A stretch of DNA of 63,705 nt, counting the filler, from Fonticula-like sp. SCN 57-25 (lineage: Eukaryota): the NCBI GenBank assembly GCA_001724245.1. It is 3 parts of 3 records of this genome, joined end to end, with 100 filler letters (N's around TTAATTAATTAA, not from the genome) between each part and the next. Parts side by side here need not be neighbours in the genome. Positions count along the whole stretch, not along the records: positions 1 to 25,687 come from MEDX01000058.1; 2 more parts are not named here. The stretch is one strand, 5' to 3'. Positions 10,111-23,989 of this stretch are shown in pieces. Made by a program: the position numbers and the translations under genes. Within the stretch, counting starts at the first letter, position 1; each line of letters begins with the position of its first letter. Under the pieces are notes generated by a model. The model did not search any database and was not told the DNA's origin. It saw only the letters and a list, made by a program, of their open reading frames with translations.

Positions 10111-10698
10111 GGCGATCCACCGTGGCGCTGGGCCTCGAGCTCGTGCGAGGAAGGCTTGCTCGACCGGCCGCGTCCAAGAATGTTGTTGACGGGGCCCGCG
10201 ATGGAATTTACCAATGTTTTGGTCGGCCTGCCTTTTCGGGGCAAGGGCGAGCTTCGCTGATTGGCCAACCTGCCATTTTTGGCAGCCTGGTGATCGGATC
10301 TATTCCCCCAAATGGAGCTCAAAAGGCCCCATTTGGCGCGTGGCAGCCGCATTGGGCAATCAACAGAGAGCAACCCAAGCAGCGGATGCGTGGCGACGGG
10401 ACGCTTTTGGCAAGGGGCCGGCGTGCCCAGCGCAAGGAACGAAGGCGCCCTGGGCAAACAAACAATCGGGCTAAAAGTAGTCGATCAATGGTGACCCCGG
10501 CAATCTGACGCCAGATTGAGCGATTTTCCAGGGTTCCAAAAGCACCATTGAGATTCGGATCTCGGGGCGTGAAAACCGTTTGAATTCATGGAAAAATTCC
10601 ATGGAACGATCGAAGCGGGATCAAGGCCAGTTTGTCTATTGAATGGTAATTGGATACAATGCTCAGGTTGCTACGGATACATGCGGGTTGCCTCGGCT

Positions 10699-11733
10699 CT
10701 ATACAGAAATGCTGAGCGTGGCCAGCAAATCGGTTAGCCGCGTCTCGGGAAACACTTGGTCGGCGGACGCGTTCAGCACGCGCGTCACGCGAACGTCGCC
10801 GATCGTTTCACCTTTCAAAGAGTCAGCAATAGGGGCAACAGGATGGCCTGCGCGTACTGTATGATAATAGCCCGTAGTACTGGCAGACTGCGTGCGCCAG
10901 GTTGCGCGAGAACGAGTCGAGCAGCGTCCAGACGAGCGCCTCGACCGAGTCCTTGTCGGCCGAGCGCGCCGCCGCGTCGCTGTCAAAGTAGCTGCGCACA
11001 TCGCTCTCCAGCTGTTCCAAAAATAGAGTAGAAATATTGGCCTTGCGCAGCAAGCGGCGGGTCGACCGATCAATCCGCTTGTAGCGCTGCATCGGCGTCT
11101 CGGCCGCGCTCTGCTTGGTGCTCTTGGCGTTGGGCGCCAGCAGTGCAAGCTGGCGCTCCTCTGACTTTTGCAAAAAGTTGTTCCACGTCTCGAGATACAC
11201 GGGGTTCATAAGCAGCTTTTCAAACACCGAGGTCGACTGCTGCGACGGCGCCACATCGCTGGGCGTGATCTCGTTCTCGGAAACGAGCGTTTTCACTAGA
11301 GAGATCGCTCGTGAGCAAAGCAAATATAGTTAATTAAGCCGCACAGTTCTCCCACCGGCGCAGCTTGCGGTTCGACTTGTTCTGCTTGACGCTCTTGCGG
11401 GGGCCCTTCTTGACTGGCGTGAGCGGGCGCGTCAGGTAGGCGAGCTGCTCCTTGTGCGTGATCGAGTTGGAGCGGTGAAGCTGCTTGAGCGGCTCCTTGG
11501 TGCCGGCGTCTTCCTGCTCAGAATCGCTGTCGTCGCTCACCGTATCTTCGCTCGCAAGCCGACGCCCGGCCCTATATCGTCCTGATTAGCACGCAAAACA
11601 AAGGCGGCCAATCGTACGCGTAGGCAGCGTCGCCGTTGATGAAACGCAACAGTTCATGAACGTTGCGCTGGCCCTGCGCCTGAATCGTGTTCTCGCTGCG
11701 GTTATCGCGCAGCGAATCGGGTCCGATCGCCAT
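10699..11733 (-). CDS. R3HDM4: R3H domain protein (R3HDM4-like)
   Basis: R3H-associated RKLRRWEN motif and R3H core DSFSRNLAHAVCQYYGLLSYS; 3 short introns. Confidence 0.78.
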
Positions 11734-11956
11734 GGCTTAGCTCTGGGGGTGATGTCCGTTGGGTGATGACAGGGTGTTGCGCCCTTTTTCCCGCCTATTC
11801 CGTCTAATAAACGCGCGGGCGTGGGATTGCGTCACCAGAGCATGTGACATTATAAAAATCGCATGCGGGTATCTGATTCTCTGATGGTGCCTGATTTCGT
11901 CTGATTGTCGTGAATCTGGTTCGAGTTCGTCTTGCCACAGGTAGCACTGCGGCACG

Positions 11957-13050
11957 ATGATGCTCCGTCCGGTTGGGCCATTGCGGCGCTTGGCGACGGC
12001 CAATCTGGCCGCTGCCGCTCCGTCGGCAAAGACGGCGGCGAAAAAGTCGGCTTCGCCGGCCGCCGCGCAGGGTCCGCCCAAGGATCCGACCGTTCTCTAT
12101 GTCGCCCCGACCGGCGTGAACAGTGCCTACGATGTGCTGAGCGCGTGGTGGAGCCAGAAGCGCGCAGCCGGCGCCCAGGAGGCCGCCGAGCTCGCAAAGG
12201 TGAGCAGCCCCGAGGCTGAGGCTCGCGTGCGTGATATCAACGCGTGGCTCAAGCGGACGGATCCGCTCAAGGAGCAGCGCGCGCGCTTTGATAAGGGCAC
12301 CAAGCCCAAGAAGCTCGCCGCGGCCGATGTCGACAATAAGACGTACCAGTCGCTCGGATGGGGCGTCGATGTACGAATATTTATCGGATTTCTCCTATCT
12401 AAACGTGTTTTCTCTAGACGGTCAGGTCGCTCGAGTCGTTTGGCGGCCGCCTTGGCCAGCTTGTCCCCGCCGGTTTCGGCGCGTCGATGCTCCGCGTGCA
12501 TCCTGTCGTCGAGTTTGCCGGCAAGCGCGTGATGAGCGATGCCACCGCCAAGATCGCCAGCAAGCACACAACGTCGGGCGCCCCGTCCGTCACGTTTGAG
12601 GCGCTCCCTGAATTCAAGCACTACACGATCGCCCTTGTTGATCCCGATGCCCCCGACGCTGCGTCGCGGACGCTTCAGCACCGCTTCCACTGGGTCGTGA
12701 GCAACATCCCCGCCGGCGAGACCGGTCGCGCCGACGCCAAGAACGGCCACGTTGTTGTGCCGTATGAGCAGATTCACCCAGAAAAGGGCTCGCTGGCGCA
12801 CCGCGTCGTCCTGGCCGTCTATGGCCAGCACGACCAGGTCGACCTTGCCGCGCCCGCCGCCGGCGCCCTTTTGCAGCCGCTCGCCGCCTCGGCCAACCTC
12901 GAGCTCGTCGGCCTCGTGATGCGCGAGTTTGAGTGGGACGAGTCGGTTTCCATGTTTTACGACGACGACGAGCCGCTCTTTGGCTCTGCGCAGCGCCCGG
13001 TGAACACGCGCGAAAAGTTCAAGTACGTCGCCCGGCCGTCGTCGGTATAG
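11957..13050 (+). CDS. MRPL38: Mitochondrial ribosomal protein mL38 (PEBP family)
   Basis: Basic, Ala-rich N-terminal targeting peptide. PEBP motifs YTIALVDPDAP, HWVVSNI, HPEKGSLAHRVV and EWDESV. One intron at about 12371-12426. Confidence 0.8.
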
Positions 13051-13162
13051 GACCAAAACACGATACAATAAGGTAAAAGTAATATAAATAAACGCAATAC
13101 AAAGCACTCGCTAGTTTGAATATTATAAGCGCCGATTTATTCATTACTAAAAGGGCAAATTT

Positions 13163-15620
13163 TCATGCAACGTAAATGTAAGTGGACGGGTCGTCCTTGT
13201 GGCGCTCGAGGTATTCGCGCTCGATAAGCGACTCGATGCGCTTCTTGAGGTCGGCCGGGCGCGCCGGGAAGCGCAGCAATGTGTAGAGCTCACTGAGCAG
13301 CTGCTCGTGCTTGAGCGACTTTCTCGTCTTCATGATGCGCACAATGGCCGCGTCGACCTGGTACTGACGATCGAGGAAGATCTTTTCCGTCGTGTCGTGC
13401 TGCTCCTCGGCCTGCAAAAAAATGTGAATAAACACAAAGAAAAAGAGGGCGCATGCGCACCGTTTCCTTGAACTGGACCTGGTTGACCTTGATGCGCATG
13501 AGCGTGTTGGTAAAGTCGGCGTTGTACGCAAACACGTCCTGGTCGGCGACCGACGGCACGCCGCTCGCGTCCTTTTTCGGCGACGACAGCGGCTTGAACA
13601 GCAACACGCGCACCTTGCCCACCGACAGGGAGAATAGCGTGCGGAGCAGCTCCTTATCATCTATGCACGCGGTTAGCCAAAAAAAGAGGCCCAAAAGGCG
13701 CCGTACCGATACTGAGGGCCGCCTTGATCTCGGCAAAGGTCATTGTGTCGCGGTCGTTGAAGAGAAGCAGGACGAGCGCCTGGAACTGCGACACGGAAAG
13801 CTCCTTCTTTCCTCTCCTAAAGCTTGCCTTGATGACGCACGTCCCGAGCGAGCTCTGGAAAGTGAGCCTGCGCCCGCCGTGCTTTGAGAGGTAAAACTGC
13901 GAAAACACCTCCTGGGCGGCGACCATGTCGGGCGGCAGGGCGACGTTGACCGGGAGGTACGTCGGCCAGAAGCCGGCGGTGAGGACGGTGACGTCGAGGT
14001 CGAACGCGCGGACGGCGCTCGCGTACTTTGCCTGCTCCTTGAAGGAGAGCATAATGTCCCGCGAGAGCTCGATGTCGCGGAACATTCCCTCGAGGTTGTT
14101 TGTAAACTGCGAGCCGCACTCGGCCTTGAGCTTGGAGAGCAGCACCTTTTCGAGGTCGGCCGACGCGCTCTTGGCCATGAGAAGCCGCTTGGCAAGGTCC
14201 TTTTTGTAAAACGCCTCAAACACATCCTTGCCGTGGATCGACCGGAAGAGCACAAGCGCGCGGTCGAGCAGCGACTCGAGCTCCTGCTCGCTCGACTCTT
14301 TGTTGCCCTGCCGAAGCTTGCCGTCCAAAAACTTTGCGATGAGCTCGGCGGGCTTGTTGGGGCGGATGTTTAAAAAGTACTCAAAGGCCTCCTGAATCAC
14401 GTGCGCAAAAGCCTCGCGCTTGCCAAACGCCGTGTCGGTGACGGTGTTAAGACGCTCCTTGAACGCAATGAGGTCCTCGACGAGCGTCGCGTCGCGCGAG
14501 GCGTCGCCGGCGAGCTCGGCGCCGCGCTTGCGCACATACGCCTTGAGGTGGTCACGAAGAACGTCCGTGCAGCCGACGCGCGAGAGGAGCGCGTGAAGAA
14601 CAGTAAGGTCAGACATGCGCGTGTCGTCCTGCACACGCGGTGAGCAAAAGACAAGATAAAGAAATGCGCACCATGAGCGACTCGAACGATTTTTCGAGCA
14701 GCGCGACGGCGTTCTGGGAAATGAGGCGCTCCTCGACGACGCGCAGCAGCTGCACGCGCGAGCTCGGGTTGAGGCAGAGGTTGACGCGGTCCGCCTCCTC
14801 GCGCAGCCGCTGCTCGCAGAGGGCGATGTAGGCCGAGCCGTCGAGCTCCACGATTGAGCGCTGGGCGAGCTCCTTGTAAAAGTCGCCCGTCGCGCTGAGC
14901 AGCTGGACCTCAAACTGGTCGTAGGTCTGCAGCGTTGTCATCATGGCGACGAGGTCCTTGATGGTCTGGCGGTCGACGGCCTCGCCGCGGCGCTCCTGCA
15001 GGATGAGCTGCAGGAGGCCGCCCGTGAGTGGCCGCTGGACGTCTGGCCGCGTGGCAATGATATTGCGGAAAAACGAGAGGCCAAGATCAAAGATGGGCGC
15101 GAGGCCGGGCGTGTGGAGCACATACGTGCGGTCGAGGTAGAGAAAGATTTGCCGGATGCTCTGCAGCTGGTCGATAAAAAGATTCCACTGGCGGAGCAAC
15201 ACGCCGAGAAACGACAGCTCGTCCGTCGTCGTCGCTACAAGCTGTTGGCATATATCCTTGACGTGCGATTCTAGCTCGAAATGAAGGCGCTCGTAGACGA
15301 TGGGGCCCTTGTCGAGGCGGCAAATGTCCTCGCACGCTGGGATCGAGTTAGAGAGACGGCGGCACAGCGAGCGGCGCACCCCGAAAGAGAGTCTGTGGGC
15401 TATTATCTACGGGCAATTGCTTGTGAATGGCGGTGACCGCCTGTTGAAGCTTGGCCCACGCAACATCAAAAAAGTTGTCATCCACGACGGGTTGGTCTTT
15501 AAAGCAGGGGATGAGCATCGAGGTTGGCGCCACGATCGTGGCCGCACCTTTAAAGGGAACGATAACAATGCGCTTGGGCTGCGCCGATCTTCCCGGTACG
15601 CTTCGTCCGTGTACCGACAT
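13163..15620 (-). CDS. CUL4: Cullin-4
   Basis: [56 protein letters not shown] and the neddylation motif [12 protein letters not shown]. Several short introns. Confidence 0.95.
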
Positions 15621-16015
15621 GCTGTCGCCTATTATGTTTTCTACGCCAAAGTGCTGTTGACGGTTCTTGGTGTCGGCCGACGCGTCAGCCGCTCGAAATC
15701 TGACAAGTTTCCCGCGATTCCGCTCGCTCTTCAAACCAAAACAGACAAATCAGACCAACGCGTACACTAAAAGTAACCAAATGACACGTACAGCCGGGTC
15801 GTCCTGTGTCTGCGGTTCACTGATCTGACTCGCGAGGCTGCTCGGCGATCGCCCGCGTCAGATGCTGTGGAGCTGGCGCGGAAGGACACTCGACCAATCA
15901 AGATCAAGATGTACAGTCAGCATATCATTTTTGGCGATGGGCAAGCCGATGTGTTGATGCTGATCAGATTGTGGGCAAGGAAAGAGGTGGAGAAAGATAC
16001 ATTGGATACAAGGGA

Positions 16016-18439
16016 TTACCCGGTGAAGAGGACAGTAAAGTAGCCGATAATTCGAAAACCGACAAAGAAGCACAAGAGGTAGATGATGTAGATGCCCGGG
16101 ATCGTGCCGAGGTTCTGCGAAAGGACCACCTCGCGTCCATTCAGGAACTCTGCTCCGTTCTGGCAACTCTCAAACTGCGACACACCAGACTGGGAGCAGA
16201 GGAAAAACGTGTCGCTGGTAAACTGCGAGTTGGCGAGGATGTCATATGAGTAGTATGTTGGCGACGTATATCGCGTCCAGCGCAGCCAGCTCGGGAAGAG
16301 GCGGATGTAAAAGCCGCCAAGCAGCAGGAAGGTGAGCATAAGCGTCGAGGCGAGAACAACCGCTAAAGCAAAAATTAGTCAAATATAAGGGCAAAGTATT
16401 GGCGCACCGCGCTGGAACTGAGGAACAAAGCCGCCGATCACGATCGCCAGCGACTGGTAGATATAACCCGTCAGTAGAACAATACCTATAAATATGCCAA
16501 ATGCCACCGCGCTAAAACAAAAAGTCAACAAAAAAAACTCACTAAAATCGACGTACTCGTCCTTGAGGCCGGCCATCCAATACACAATGCATATAAACAC
16601 GAACGGAAGCGGCGTCACCAGCCCAATCTCAACGACCGTTTTCGCCAAAAAGTAGGACGAGACGCGATACATAAACTCTTTTCGCTCTTTCCACGTCACC
16701 CCGCGCTCGAGCGGGTCTAACAAGAAAAATGAGTGGCAAGCTCTGAAAAGCGGGTCGTACATGTTGTGATGGTGGACACGAGCGGGGTAAAGCTCCAAAA
16801 GACAGACACAAAGAAAATCTGCTTACGTCATCAGCATTTAAGCAAGCCAACAAATGCGCGCACCAGGCCATATCGGTCAGCAATGGCTTCCTCGATAGGC
16901 GGAGTCTGGAGCCACAAGAGTCCCGCGACGACGGCGATGACAAGCATCTGGATGATGTTGAGCGGCGACATGATCACGCTAAACTGCTGGCGCGTGCCGC
17001 GGTACGCTAGCTGCCAAAACTGCTGCCACCACGTGGCTTCCCACCGACGCTCGCGATGCTTTCGGTTGTGGAACCGCCGGATTTGCTTCTTGATCCAGCT
17101 TGAGAAAAGTAAGGATTGTGAAAGAAAAGGATTATAAAAGGCGCACGACACGTTGTCGGCCTCGATCTGCGGCTGCGCGGCCTGCTCGCGACGCTCCAGT
17201 ACGGTCCACAATTCCTTAAACTCTTGCGAATCGGCGTACTGGTCGACGAGTTTCTGCCTGGCGGTCGGCTGCTCGACGATGACTTCGACTGCGTTGTGCG
17301 TTAGACGACGTGCCAATCAGCAATGGTGCGCACGAAGGTGGTCGGCAACGTTGTAGTTTGGCGGGCACGGGTAGCCGGCGCTGGCATAGTAGTCGGCCAC
17401 CTGGTTGCACGGCCCGCAGTAGACGATGCTGCCTTCGCTGAGCAGGTAGAGCTTGTCAAAGGTGTGAAAGATGGGCGTCGACGGCTGGTGGATCGAGCAG
17501 ATGATGGTACGGCGCTCGTCGTTGGCGAGGCGGCGGAGAATGCGGACAAGCGATAGGGCAAGGCTGGCGTCCAAGCCTGTAAACGTTGTCGTTTAGCGCA
17601 AAAAAAAGCATAATATAGGCGCACCGCTCGTTGGCTCGTCCATAAAGATGATGCTCGGGTTGCCGAGCAGCTCAACGCCGATGCTGACGCGCTTGCGCTC
17701 GCCGCCCGAGACGCCGCGCTCAAACTGAGAGCCAATGCGGGTGTTCTGACAGATATGGAGGTCAAGGAGTTCGATGACCTTGTCGACCATGGCGAGCTTC
17801 TCGGCCTTTGGCATCTCTCGCTGGAGGCGCATAAGGGCGGCAAAGGTGAGCGTCTCGCGCACAGTGAGGTTGTTGAACAGGATGTCTTCCTGCATAACAA
17901 AGGAAATATGCCTAAACACGGTATTAGACCATGAAAATCCGCTTTAAAAAACCTACTTTTCCATGTCGCGCGTGAATGGCTTGCCGTTGATCAGCACCGT
18001 TCCGTCGATCTTGCCGCCCATGAGCCGGTTGGCGAGCACGTTCAGCAGCGACGTCTTGCCGCATCCCGACGGTCCCATCAGCGCAACAAACTCGCCCGGT
18101 TGGATGTCTCCCGCCATTCGCTTCAATATAACGCGTTCCCCAACTTTGCTCCTGTACGGCTTCCACCACTTGTTGTCGTAGAGGGGGACGCGCACTTCGC
18201 GAATGATCCAGCTGACTGGCCACGGCTGATCCACGACGCCAAGCGAGTGGCCGTGACGACGTTGTAGCTCGGCTTCGTCGTGCGCGCGTCGCTCGCGGAG
18301 CCACTGCGAGTCGCGCCGGGCGCCGTCAGAGTGCTCATCGCTAAGGGCGCCGTTAGCACATTGCACGCACGGCACACGGATCGTACGAAGAAACGGGTTC
18401 CATGGCGGTATCCGCCTGCGACGATTGCGTAACGCCCAT
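16016..18439 (-). CDS. ABCG (White-like) half transporter
   Basis: Walker A GPSGCGKTS, signature VSGGERKRVSIG, DEPTSG|LD, ICSIHQPS and a C-terminal TM domain; many introns. An extra 3' exon reaching about 15768 is possible. Confidence 0.92.
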
Positions 18440-18749
18440 GCTCACAAAGTACAGTGGGCAGCAGCAAACTCCGTCATAGAGGAAAGCGGCCCGCTTGGCC
18501 GTGCCCACCGCCCCTGGGCAGGGCCGAGGGGTCCCTCGCCTCCTTCATCGGCTGGGCACGATTGTGATTGGTCGACAAGAATCGATTTTCCCGCGCAAAA
18601 TGGCCGATGCACGAAGATGGCGCCGAGATGCGCAGAACAGCCTATTGCAGCGTAATTAAAATAAAGAAACACGTAAAAAAACACAAATGCATGTTTGTTT
18701 TATTAAGGGTATGTTCATTGTGATATAGAATTTTTTCTCCGTCGCGCAT

Positions 18750-19753
18750 CTACCGGCTCTTCATGTACGACACAAAGTCGTCAATGATGCTCGGCCACGC
18801 GCCATCGCTGTCATAATTCGAAAAGTCGGGCTCGACGGTTCGAGCAAACTCTAGGAGCAAATTCCACGTGTCCTTGTTGACGGGCCGTTTGTGCTGCGTC
18901 TGACCACCGAGGTGAGCGAGCAGAGTAGAAACAAGATCGCGCGTACCTCGAGAAATTCGCACCACGCGTCGAGATGAACAAAGCGGCCAGTAAGAAGCAG
19001 CTGAAACAAAGGTACAGCAACTTCCAGAGCTATTAAACAGTAGTTTAGCGCAAGTGCTGGGAACGAGTGCTTGGGCGCGCACAGAGAGATCGCTGGGCTG
19101 CCTCCTTGCTGTACAAAAAGGTGAAATTGTACACTTCCTTGAAAACGTCAGGTTTCTCCAAGTCGCGCTTCCACTTTGGTACTGCGCCCTTTATGGCCGC
19201 GATAGAAAGAAGACTGTGAAAACGGTCAGAAAGAGAACGCGAGAATCGAGGTGCGGCGTACCCGAGTGCGGCGAACCCGTTAACAAACTCATCTTTCGTG
19301 AATTCAGCCGCGTGACTGGCGCGCAAATAGTACGCCATGACGAGAGCCGCTGGGTCTGTCGGGTCGAGCTCGATGTCTTCGCAAAATTGCCCGACGCCGT
19401 CCATGCCCATCATGTTGGGATCAGCGGGATCACGGTACTTTTCAAAGATGGCCGCCACGGCCGCCTTGTCAGCCTCTGACACCTTTGGGATGCCGCTAAA
19501 CATTTCAATGGCGTCACGCACACTCCATGATGAGGCCACAAGGCACCGGATTGCCGTCTGATCCCTATCAACCAACGAGTGAGCGGGGCGAGGTTGACCG
19601 CACCGGTACGCACTGGCATCGCACACGGCGCTTGAATTCTTCTAGCTTGCTCTTTTGCAGCTGCGACAGCGACTGAAAAGCGCTAGAGGTGAGCTATACG
19701 CGGTGAGCGAGAGCAAGGAGGCGCACCGCGACGCTCGGGATTCCCGCGCTCAT
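18750..19753 (-). CDS. DCN1: DCN1-like cullin neddylation protein
   Basis: UBA-like N-terminus and PONY domain motifs GVGQFCEDI, FKEVYNFTF, NKDTWNLLLEF and DGAWPSIIDDFV. Confidence 0.92.
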
Positions 19754-19836
19754 TGCTGGCCACCAAGGGTCGTATCACGTGATATCCAAAATTGCGCGCC
19801 GGTGGTCGGGTCAAGGCGTCGTGAGGGCCGGCCGGG

Positions 19837-22800
19837 ATGGCGACGACGGCGTCGACCGCGGAAGACGACTCTTCTGTGCGCGTGGCGCTGCGCATTCGCC
19901 CTCTTGTGGCGAAGGAGAAGAGCGACGGGTGCCAAGAGATTGCGCACCAGGTCGGGTCGCTGCCGCAGGTGAGCATCCGCGACAAGTCGTTTCAGTTTGA
20001 CTATGTTTTCGGGCAGCGGGCTGCTCAGGATCAGCTGTACACGACTTCTGTGCGGCCACTCGTTGACGCTTTTTTTGAGGGTTACAATGCTACGGTACTT
20101 GCCTACGGCCAGACCGGGTCGGGGAAGACGTTTACGATGGGGTCGGCGAACGAGGCCGCGCAGCCTACGGATGAGCTGCCTGCCGCGAGCGCACAGTCTG
20201 TCGGCGCGAGCAAAGGAGTCATCCCGCGCGCAGCGCTCGACATTTTTGAAAAGATGCGGGTGGCAAAGTCGCAGCGGGATGGCGATGGCGAGCCGCCATC
20301 GTTTGAGCTAAAGTACTCTTTCCTGGAACTCTACAATGAGGATCTCGTTGACCTGCTCAACCCGCGCAAGCGGGACGATCGCGAGCCGCTTCGCATGAGG
20401 GAAGCGCCACTAGGTGTTGAGCTGGTTGGAATAATAGAGGAGAGGGTATGCTCTTTATTTTCTTTTAGTTGCCGCGTTCTCACTTTGCGTGGCCAGATAG
20501 AGACAGCGGCCGAACTAGCGGCGTGCATCGCCTTTGGAACGCTTAACCGCACGACGGCAGCGACCGATATGAACGCCACGTCGTCACGATCGCATGCGAT
20601 TATTACTCTATTTTTGCGTCAGCGTCGGACTGTGCTGGTCCCAACCGGCGAGTCGTCCGACGGCGAGGAGTCGGCCGAGCCGCGCCGGCGTACCGAGGTC
20701 CTTTCGTCGCGCTTCCACTTTGTCGACCTCGCTGGCTCGGAGCGCCTTAAACGGACCAATGCCGTGGGCGAGCGCGCCAAGGAGGGAATCAATATTAATA
20801 TGGGCTTGCTCGCGCTGAGCCAGGTGATCAGCTGCCTCGGCGACGAGACCAAGCGCGGCGGGCACATTCCCTACCGGGACTCCAAGCTGACGCGGCTGCT
20901 GCAGAGCTCGCTCGGCGGCAACAACAAGACGCTCATGATTGCGTGCGCCAGCCCGGCTGACTCGAATTTTCTCGAGACCATGTCGACGCTGCAGTACGCC
21001 AACCGCGCGCGCAATATTAAGAACAAGGCGGTCGTCAATCAGGATATCGAGTCGCTCGAGCTGGACGATCTCCGGCGGGAGGTTCGCGAGCTCAGGCGGC
21101 AACTCCGGCGCAAGAGCGGCGGAGCCGGGTCAGATATGGAAGCGGCGGCCGAGCGTCAGCGGCTCGCCTTTTCCGTGTCGCAGCTTCAGGAGCAGCTCAA
21201 GTGCGCCACGGCAGAGATCGCACATCTCAAGGCATTGTCCGTTGGTCTGACGGGCAACCGAGACGAAGCAGTCGCAGGCCTTCTCGAGGACCAGCTTTCG
21301 CAGATCTCCACGCTCCAGTTTCAGCTTGCCGAGGCGCGGTCACGCCAGGCGGTCGCCCTGCCGCCAGGTTTGCCCGATTCGAGCGTCCAGCCTGCCACGC
21401 TGTCGGATGATGAACTGTCGGAAGCCGAGGAGGAAGAGGAAGAGGACGCGGACGACTCGCAGCTTGACCAGTCGTTTGGCGTCGACGATGATGGCGAATC
21501 TGACCGCAGCTCAGGCGACCAGAGTGCTGGCGCATCCCCTCTTTCCTCTGTTTCCCAAGATGGCGAGGATTCGGTGACGCGTCGTCTTGCCGCGCTGCAG
21601 GCAGCCATCACTGACAAGCAAGAGCTCATGGCCGAGCTTGAGGCGCGCGAGCATCAGCTCAACGAGCTTCGAGCGACCTTTGACGCGCGAATCAGCGAGC
21701 TGCTTCAAGAAAAGGTTCACCTGCTTCGCGCGCGCGATGACGCAATTGCTCGTGTCAAGATCGCCAAGGGCGCCGACCGCTCCCAACTCGAGGCGGCGCG
21801 CGAAAAGTATGAGCGCCAGATCAAGGCTCTGTCTGAGCAGATCGGCGCGCTCAAGGTGCAGGCGGCCGAGCAGGCGCGGCAGATGCGCGCGAAATCTATC
21901 CAGGACGGGCAGCTGTCGCAAATGCGGGCTGTCGTGGAAGATCTCAGGCGGCAGCGCCTCGATCTGCTGCGAAAGGTCCGCGAGGAGCAGCGGTCAATGC
22001 GCGCGGCCAAGCAGGAGATTGAGCGGGAGCTGAAGGTTCTACATGTCCGCGACGTGGCACGGTCGGCTCAGCTGCGGCGGCTCGAGCGCACGCATGAAGC
22101 GACGCGGGAGCAGCTTCGCCGCCGCCTTGAGGAGACGCGCGTCTATGCGAGGCAGAATTCTGATCGGCGGCAAGCTCCGTCCGCGCCCGTTTCCTTTAGC
22201 GCGCGTCGTACGGCCGATATTGATGCTCGGATGGAATCCAAGATGAACGTGATCCGGACCGAGACTGGGCGGGCCGCGTCGGCGCGCGAGCTCGAGCGGC
22301 TCCTGGACGACCTCGTTCGCCGGCGGGAGGAGCAGCTGGCAGGCCCAGCAGAGGCGTCTCGCGAGCAGCGCGTGTCGGGTCTTACTGTTCAGATGGCCGA
22401 GATCCAGGAAGCAATTGCGTCATCGGCGCCTGACATGTCGTCCGCATACAACAACGCGCTCGCGGCGCTCAATGGGCTCAGCTTGCAAGAGAGTCGCAAG
22501 TTGTTGCAGCTGTTTGTGGCGGAGCAGGTGTCGCTGAACGTGGCGCTGCGGCAGGCAGGACGGCGCGGAGGCATTACTATCGAGCCCGTCGCTTCTGCCG
22601 ATCGCACCAAGCCACCGCGTCCGCCGCTGGCAGGAGCGGCCGCTGCGTTGCCCGTCGTGAATGTGGAGCCGTTCCCGTCGACTGAGGCGGACGAAAAGGC
22701 GGCAGATCTGGCCTTGTTGACGGCGCCCATGACATCGCGATCCCGGTCGTCCAGCTTTACCGACGGCGTCTTTTCCCGTCTGACGTCTGCGCTTCCTTCT

Positions 22801-23835
22801 CCGTCGTCGTCTGCGGCGGCGCAGTTTGTTTCACGGGCTGCTCTCTCGAGCAAGGTGGGCGGCCCGCGGCGCGCGCTCGAGGTGGCCGGCACACTCTCTG
22901 GCCACTCGCACGCGGTGACGTCGGCCGTTTATATCGGCGATATTTTGGTTTCTGGCTCGCGCGATACGACTGTGCGCATTTGGGATTTATCACGAGGCGA
23001 GCCTGTCGCGACGCCGCTCGAGCACGATGGCCCCGTGCGTGCCCTTGCGTCACGGTCCACTATGCTCTTTGCGCTTCTCGACAATGGCATCTCTGTGTGG
23101 GACACGACCGCGCCGTGTCGGCAGCTCCGCACGATCCCGCTCGCATTTCATACCAAGCCGAGTGTGCTTCACGTCACGCCCGATGAGCGCTATCTTTTGG
23201 CGCCGACATCGACCGAGCCTGGCGTGCAGGTGTACGACCTGCGCATGCTATCGCCGCTGCGCACACTAAGGGGCCACTACCGGGATACGCCGCGCGGGTT
23301 TGCGTTTCTGCCGGGATTGCTCTTTACCGGGGCGCGCGACCGCCTCGTGCGCGCATACGATTTGCAGACGTTTGACCTTGTGGAGACCCTGCAGCCGCCC
23401 ATGCACGATCACCTGTTATGCATGTCTGCCGCTGGTGCGTTTTAGGTTTTGTCTCATATTTAACTGACATGTGGGCATGTGGGTGTTACAGATGGCCATG
23501 TCATTGTTGGAGGCGGCCACACGACGGGCTTCCTCAAACGCTGGGCCATCCCTAATGACTATCTATCGCGGCCAGCAGCGGGCGCGCCGATGAGCGTCAC
23601 GACCAAGGAGACGGTGAGCGCCCTGGCGAGCCCGTCATCTGCCCGCGGCTTGCTCCTTAGCGGCACACAAACGGGCGTGCTTCGGCTGTGGGATGCGCAG
23701 CGCATGGCGTCGTCGTGGGAGGCGGCGGCCAAGCACGAGGGACCTATCACAGGTATCGCTGAGCATTCCGAGAGGGCGCTGATCGCCACCGCATCGCAGG
23801 ACCGCACCCTTAAATTGTGGCGCTGGCGCGACTGA
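19837..23835 (+). CDS. KIF21: Kinesin-4 family motor with C-terminal WD40 repeats (KIF21-like)
   Basis: YGQTGSGKT, SSRSHA, FVDLAGSER and HIPYRDSKLTRLL motifs, a long coiled coil and WD40 repeats. Introns at about 20446-20496 and 23435-23490. Confidence 0.9.
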
Positions 23836-23989
23836 ATGTTACTGTTGTATTATAAGCATGTTTGTGTATTTGAAGAAATGATAGTTCAACATTCAATTTT
23901 ACACCACGTCTGATAACGACAACACAAAAATGCATCGGCTTTAATATGTTGAAAAATGAACGACAGCACAAAATGCCATACAGCGGCAG

